Below, one piece after another: positions 60,119 through 64,000 of a DNA stretch of 64,000 nt (position 1 is the first letter of the stretch; each line of letters starts with the position of its first letter). The notes below the pieces were generated by a model. That model did not search any database, was not told the DNA's origin, and saw only the letters and a program-made list of their open reading frames with translations. Origin of the DNA: an uncultured Gammaproteobacteria bacterium. Its GTDB lineage: Bacteria; Pseudomonadota; Gammaproteobacteria; Competibacterales; Competibacteraceae. The stretch covers positions 26,985-90,984 of the forward strand of contig CAVQMB010000024.1 of NCBI GenBank assembly GCA_963713445.1. The letters are read 5' to 3'. The translations under genes were made by a program, and so were the position numbers.

Positions 60119-61147
60119 CTACCCGACCCGGCCCTCTTCAACTGCGTGACACGCGACCATGGCTCCGTCGGGCTGAGCCAGGCTACGCGGTATCTCACGC
60201 CGGCAGCGGTCGCTGGCCAGCGGGCAGCGCGGGTGGAACGTACAACCCGGCGGCGGATCGATCGGGCTTGGCACCTCGCCGGTAACCGGCACCCGCGGCC
60301 GGCCGCTCATCGAAAGGTCAGGCACCGCATCCAGCAGCATGCGCGTGTACGGATGACGGGGCTGGCCGAACAAGGCTCGGGCCGCCGCCACCTCCACCAA
60401 CCGCCCCAGATACATCACGCCAACCTGATCGGAGACGTGGGCTATGACAGCCAGATCATGCGAAATGAACAGGTACGTCAGGCCCAGTTCCCGCTGCAGG
60501 TCCTTCATCAGGTTAAGCACCTGGGCCTGAACCGATACATCCAGCGCCGAGGTTGGCTCGTCGCAGACGAGGAAGCTTGGCTCGCTGGCGAGTGCCCTCG
60601 CGATGGAGATACGCTGACGCTGACCGCCGGAGAACTCATGCGGATACTTTTCAGCGTCGGCGGCATTGAGCCCGACCTGCTCCAGCAACCCGACCACACG
60701 GTCGAAAATAGCAAGCTTACCGCGCAGCAGACCAAACGCCTGAATCGGCTCGGACACGATGTCGCCGACCCGCCAACGCGGATTAAGGCTGGCGTAAGGA
60801 TCCTGAAAGATCATTTGCAGATGACGCCGCGCCGCTGTCAGGGCGCGCCGGTCACCACTGCCAATATCGAGCCCGCGAAACGTGATACGCCCGCGCGAGG
60901 GCCGGTACAGCCCCACGACCAACCGTGCCATGGTGGACTTGCCGCAGCCGGATTCGCCCACCAGCGAGAACGTGGTGCCCGGCGCAATCGAGAATTCAAT
61001 CCCGTCCACCGCCTTCAGGATTCGCCGTTGACCACGCTCCAGTACGCGGTTGAGCCATGGCGGTGAAACGTCGAAGTAACGGGCCACATCCGTGACTTGC
61101 AGCACCGGCTCCGAAGCCGTCGGCGCCGGCCCTGCCTGTTCAGCCAT
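60119..61147 (-). CDS. oligopeptide/dipeptide ABC transporter ATP-binding protein (DppF/OppF-like)
   Basis: Start at MAEQAGPAP (ATG 61147, 8-nt overlap with the upstream ATPase stop). Walker A GESGCGKST, signature FSGGQRQR, C-terminal CxxxxRC oligopeptide-type tail. Confidence 0.88.
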   Translation of the reverse strand: MAEQAGPAPTASEPVLQVTDVARYFDVSPPWLNRVLERGQRRILKAVDGIEFSIAPGTTFSLVGESGCGKSTMARLVVGLYRPSRGRITFRGLDIGSGDRRALTAARRHLQMIFQDPYASLNPRWRVGDIVSEPIQAFGLLRGKLAIFDRVVGLLEQVGLNAADAEKYPHEFSGGQRQRISIARALASEPSFLVCDEPTSALDVSVQAQVLNLMKDLQRELGLTYLFISHDLAVIAHVSDQVGVMYLGRLVEVAAARALFGQPRHPYTRMLLDAVPDLSMSGRPRVPVTGEVPSPIDPPPGCTFHPRCPLASDRCRREIPRSLAQPDGAMVACHAVEEGRVG

Positions 61148-62141
61148 GACCCACGTTTCCCAGTGGTGCCCCTGCAAGTTCGCGCACTCGCCAGCACGCC
61201 GCCTGCGAGCGGCCAGCCGGGAGCAGATCGGGCCGCTCACGACGGCAGCGCTCGATGGCATAGCGACAGCGCGGATGGAAGGCGCAACCCGCCGGGATCG
61301 CATTGAGCCGCGGCATCGAGCCGTCGATCTGCTGCAGCCGCTCGCCCTGGTGACCAATCACTGGAATCGCCCCCATCAGGCCCCGGGTATAAGGGTGGTC
61401 GGGATGTTTCACCACCGCCCGTACCGGACCGATTTCAGCCAACCGCCCGGCATACATCACGGCGACCCGGTCGGCAGTCTCGGCGATCACCCCCATGTCA
61501 TGAGTAATCAGCATAACCGCGGCGCCATGCTCTTCGCACAAGCGCTTGAGCAGGCCGATGATCTGAGCCTGGATGGACACATCGAGTGCAGTAGTCGGCT
61601 CATCGGCGATTACCAGACGCGGATTGGCACTCAGCGCCAGCGCGATCACTACGCGCTGGCGCATGCCACCCGAGAATTGATGCGGATACTGGTCGATACG
61701 CCGGTCCGGTGCCGGTATGCCGACCTCGGCCAGTAACTCCAGCGCACGGTTGCGCGCCTGGCGGCGGCTCAGCGCGGTGTGGGTGCGGATGGTTTCGATC
61801 AACTGCTGGCCGATGCTGTAGAGCGGATTCAGGCTGGTCAGTGGATCCTGAAAAATCGCACCGATGCGTTTACCCCGGATACGCCGCAACTCAGCGTACG
61901 GCAGGTTGTCGATGCGCTGGCCTTCCAACAGTATGCGACCGTCGGCGATCCGACCGGGCGGCTCCAGCAACCCGATGATGGCGGCACCGGTCAGCGATTT
62001 TCCGGCCCCGGACTCACCGACCACGCCCAGCACTTCGCCGTCTGCGATGGTAAGCGACACCCCATCGACGGCGGTCAAGACACCACGCCGGGTCGGAAAT
62101 TCGATGCGCAGATTGTCGACCTGAAGAATCGGTTGAGTCAC
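61140..62141 (-). CDS. oligopeptide/dipeptide ABC transporter ATP-binding protein (DppD/OppD-like)
   Basis: GTG 62141 has GAGGTGG 6 nt upstream. (V)[17 protein letters not shown]-terminus, Walker A GESGAGKS, signature FSGGMRQR. Confidence 0.88.
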   Translation of the reverse strand: MTQPILQVDNLRIEFPTRRGVLTAVDGVSLTIADGEVLGVVGESGAGKSLTGAAIIGLLEPPGRIADGRILLEGQRIDNLPYAELRRIRGKRIGAIFQDPLTSLNPLYSIGQQLIETIRTHTALSRRQARNRALELLAEVGIPAPDRRIDQYPHQFSGGMRQRVVIALALSANPRLVIADEPTTALDVSIQAQIIGLLKRLCEEHGAAVMLITHDMGVIAETADRVAVMYAGRLAEIGPVRAVVKHPDHPYTRGLMGAIPVIGHQGERLQQIDGSMPRLNAIPAGCAFHPRCRYAIERCRRERPDLLPAGRSQAACWRVRELAGAPLGNVGHG

Positions 62142-62149
62142 CAACCACC

Positions 62150-63100
62150 TCAGCGTAACTTGGGGTTTAGGGCATCGCGCAGCCAGTCGCCCAACAGGTT
62201 GACCGACAACACCAGAAGCGCCAGCCAGGCGCCCGGAAACAGGGCGATCCACCATTCGCCGGCAAGCAGGTAATCATTACCGATGCGGATCAGGGTGCCC
62301 AGAGAGGGCTGGGTGGGTGGTACCCCAACACCCAGAAATGACAGCGTCGCCTCGGTCAGAATAGCCACCGCCAGATGGATAGTGGCGATGACCAGAACCG
62401 GCCCCAGCACATTGGGCAGTACGTGCCGCAGCATGATCTTCCAAGACGGGATGCCGATCACCTTGGCGGCCTGCACGTATTCCTTGCCACGCTCGATCAA
62501 CGTCGAACTGCGTACGGTGCGGGCGTACTGCACCCAACCGGACAACCCGATCGATAACACCAGCACCAGAATAGCAAGATCGTTGGCTTCGTCCTTGGGC
62601 AGAATACCGCGCAACACACCGTCGATCAGCAAGGCAATCAGGATAGCTGGGAAGCTCAGCTGCACCTCGGCAATGCGCATGATCAGGGCATCAACAAAAC
62701 CGCCTACATAGCCCGCGACCAGCCCCAGCACGACACCCAGCACCATGGCGAAGGCAACACTGGCAAAACCGACGTACAAGGACACGCGGGAGCCGAACAA
62801 GATCGTAGACAATAGGTCGCGACCCTGATCGTCGGTGCCGAGCGGATAAATGGCGCTGCCACCCGATTGCCATACCGGTGGCGTATTGGCCGCCATCAAA
62901 TCGATCTGAGCCGGATCGAACGGGTTGTGAGGCGCAATCCACGGCGCCAGCAGGGCCGCCAGAATCATGACGATCGCCACCACCGCGGCGACCATCGTCA
63001 CCGGCGAGTGGCTGAAGTTATAGAATAGATCACTGTCGAAGAATCGCTGGACGCTGTCGAGCAGACGTGCCCGCAGCGAGGGCAATGCCGGCTCAGCCAT
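62150..63100 (-). CDS. oligopeptide/dipeptide ABC transporter permease (DppC/OppC-like)
   Basis: 316 aa. PLGTDDQGRDLLS motif and EAA-type loop (YVQAAKVIGIPSWKIMLRHVLPN). Confidence 0.88.
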   Translation of the reverse strand: MAEPALPSLRARLLDSVQRFFDSDLFYNFSHSPVTMVAAVVAIVMILAALLAPWIAPHNPFDPAQIDLMAANTPPVWQSGGSAIYPLGTDDQGRDLLSTILFGSRVSLYVGFASVAFAMVLGVVLGLVAGYVGGFVDALIMRIAEVQLSFPAILIALLIDGVLRGILPKDEANDLAILVLVLSIGLSGWVQYARTVRSSTLIERGKEYVQAAKVIGIPSWKIMLRHVLPNVLGPVLVIATIHLAVAILTEATLSFLGVGVPPTQPSLGTLIRIGNDYLLAGEWWIALFPGAWLALLVLSVNLLGDWLRDALNPKLR

Positions 63101-64000
63101 GGGTCACCGCACGCTCGACCCGCAGCCGAGGATCAACCACGTAGTAGAGCAAATCCACGATCAGATTGATTATCACGAAGAACAGCGCCACCAGCATCAG
63201 ATAAGCCGACATGATCGGAATATCCACATTCTGGATCGCCTGTAGGAACAGCAGTCCCATCCCGGGCCACTGAAACACCGTCTCGGTGATAATGGAAAAG
63301 GCAATGATTGAGCCCAGTTGCAGGCCAGTGATGGTAATCACCGGTACCAGAGTATTCTTGAGGGCGTGGCCGAAGTTGATCGCCCGGTTGCTCAGCCCAC
63401 GGGCACGGGCGAACTTGATATAGTCGGTGCGCAGCACCTCCAGCATTTCGGAGCGCACCAGCCGCATGATCAGGGTGAGCTGATACAAACCCAGGGTCAC
63501 GGCCGGCATGATGATCGCTTTGAGTCCACTGATCGTGAGGAGTCCGGTGCTCCACCAGCCCCAATGGACCACCGCACCGCGGCCAAACGACGGCAGCAGA
63601 TTGACTTCCACCGAGAACAGGAAGATCAACAGAATGCCGATAAAAAACGTCGGCAGTGACACACCCAGCAACGATGCGCCGAGGAAGAACTTGCTCAGCC
63701 AGCTGTCTGGCTTGAGGCCCGTGTATACCCCCAGCGGCAGGCCGACCAGCAATGCGAACAGCGCGGAGACGAAGCTGAGCTCCAGCGTCGCCGGCAACCG
63801 TTGTTTGATCAAATCCGACACCGGCTGCTTCTGCATGTAGGAGATGCCGAAGTCACCATGCGCGGCATTGCGCACGAACCGCCAGAACTGGACCGGCATC
63901 GGCTCATCCAGACCCAGTTCATGACGCAGCTTGGCGCGCTGCGCCATGCTGGTGTCCTGACCGACCATCTGATCGATCGGGTCACCGACATAACGGAACA
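63093..64000 (-). CDS. oligopeptide/dipeptide ABC transporter permease (DppB/OppB-like), 5' end outside window
   Basis: The reading frame is open to the window edge (..FRYVGDPIDQMVGQDTSMAQRAKLRHELGLDEP..). EAA loop DYIKFARARGLSNRAINFGHALKN. Confidence 0.85.
   Translation of the reverse strand, partial: FRYVGDPIDQMVGQDTSMAQRAKLRHELGLDEPMPVQFWRFVRNAAHGDFGISYMQKQPVSDLIKQRLPATLELSFVSALFALLVGLPLGVYTGLKPDSWLSKFFLGASLLGVSLPTFFIGILLIFLFSVEVNLLPSFGRGAVVHWGWWSTGLLTISGLKAIIMPAVTLGLYQLTLIMRLVRSEMLEVLRTDYIKFARARGLSNRAINFGHALKNTLVPVITITGLQLGSIIAFSIITETVFQWPGMGLLFLQAIQNVDIPIMSAYLMLVALFFVIINLIVDLLYYVVDPRLRVERAVTHG

Noticed and set aside
59651-61066. 471-aa plus-strand ORF spanning three minus-strand genes
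   Set aside because: It runs antisense across rlmM, the amidohydrolase remnant and the DppF-like gene. It has no recognisable motifs, while the opposite-strand genes have clear signatures.
1-64000. Mobile elements, prophage, defence islands, rRNA
   Set aside because: I found no transposase, integrase, recombinase, restriction/modification, toxin-antitoxin or phage structural signatures in any frame. No terminal inverted repeats flank the accessory 22-38 kb region. The only tRNA (leuU) sits in its conserved secG context.

Overview
High-GC, almost fully coding chromosomal segment with gammaproteobacterial-type synteny. No tools or database searches were used. All calls rest on the ORF track, motifs read by eye and remembered family signatures. 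Start codons were adjusted by hand from RBS position, overlaps and homology logic. Plus-strand housekeeping block (1-9.7 kb): cmk (3' end), rpsA, ihfB, lapB, pyrF, a ComEA-like protein, lolC/E-lolD and comEC, with a DUF2062 gene on the minus strand. 10.5-15.2 kb: a Liv/HAAT-type ABC importer whose two ATPases are fused into one ORF. 15.2-22.4 kb: a decayed SDR remnant, aroC, an overlapping macrodomain-GNAT pair, choline sulfatase, a TauE-type exporter, a DUF2157-like membrane protein, an msrQ-like gene and a small membrane protein. 22.5-32.7 kb (minus): a complete N-methylglutamate-type methylamine module (mgsABC, gmaS, mgdABCD) headed by an XRE-cupin regulator. 32.8-36.7 kb (minus): uncharacterised membrane proteins, a universal stress protein, and an APC permease preceded by three small membrane proteins, one of them a 55-aa ORF missing from the track. 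38.1-52.6 kb (minus): nuoA-N, 14 separate genes. 52.8-64 kb: tRNA-Leu(GAG), secG, tpiA, glmM, ftsH, rlmE, yhbY (plus strand), rlmM, an amidohydrolase remnant and a Dpp/Opp-type ABC transporter (BCDF, 5' end cut by the window). The most interesting region is the roughly 1.4-kb non-coding gap 36.7-38.1 kb. It holds three tandem, self-contained small-RNA genes on the minus strand. Each has a near-consensus sigma70 promoter, a 5' hairpin with compensatory changes, an invariant 25-nt C/U-rich anti-Shine-Dalgarno core and an intrinsic terminator. Next to them lies a 95-bp tract of about 10% GC. I do not recognise these RNAs as a known family. No transposase, integrase, CRISPR array, rRNA or phage genes were seen.
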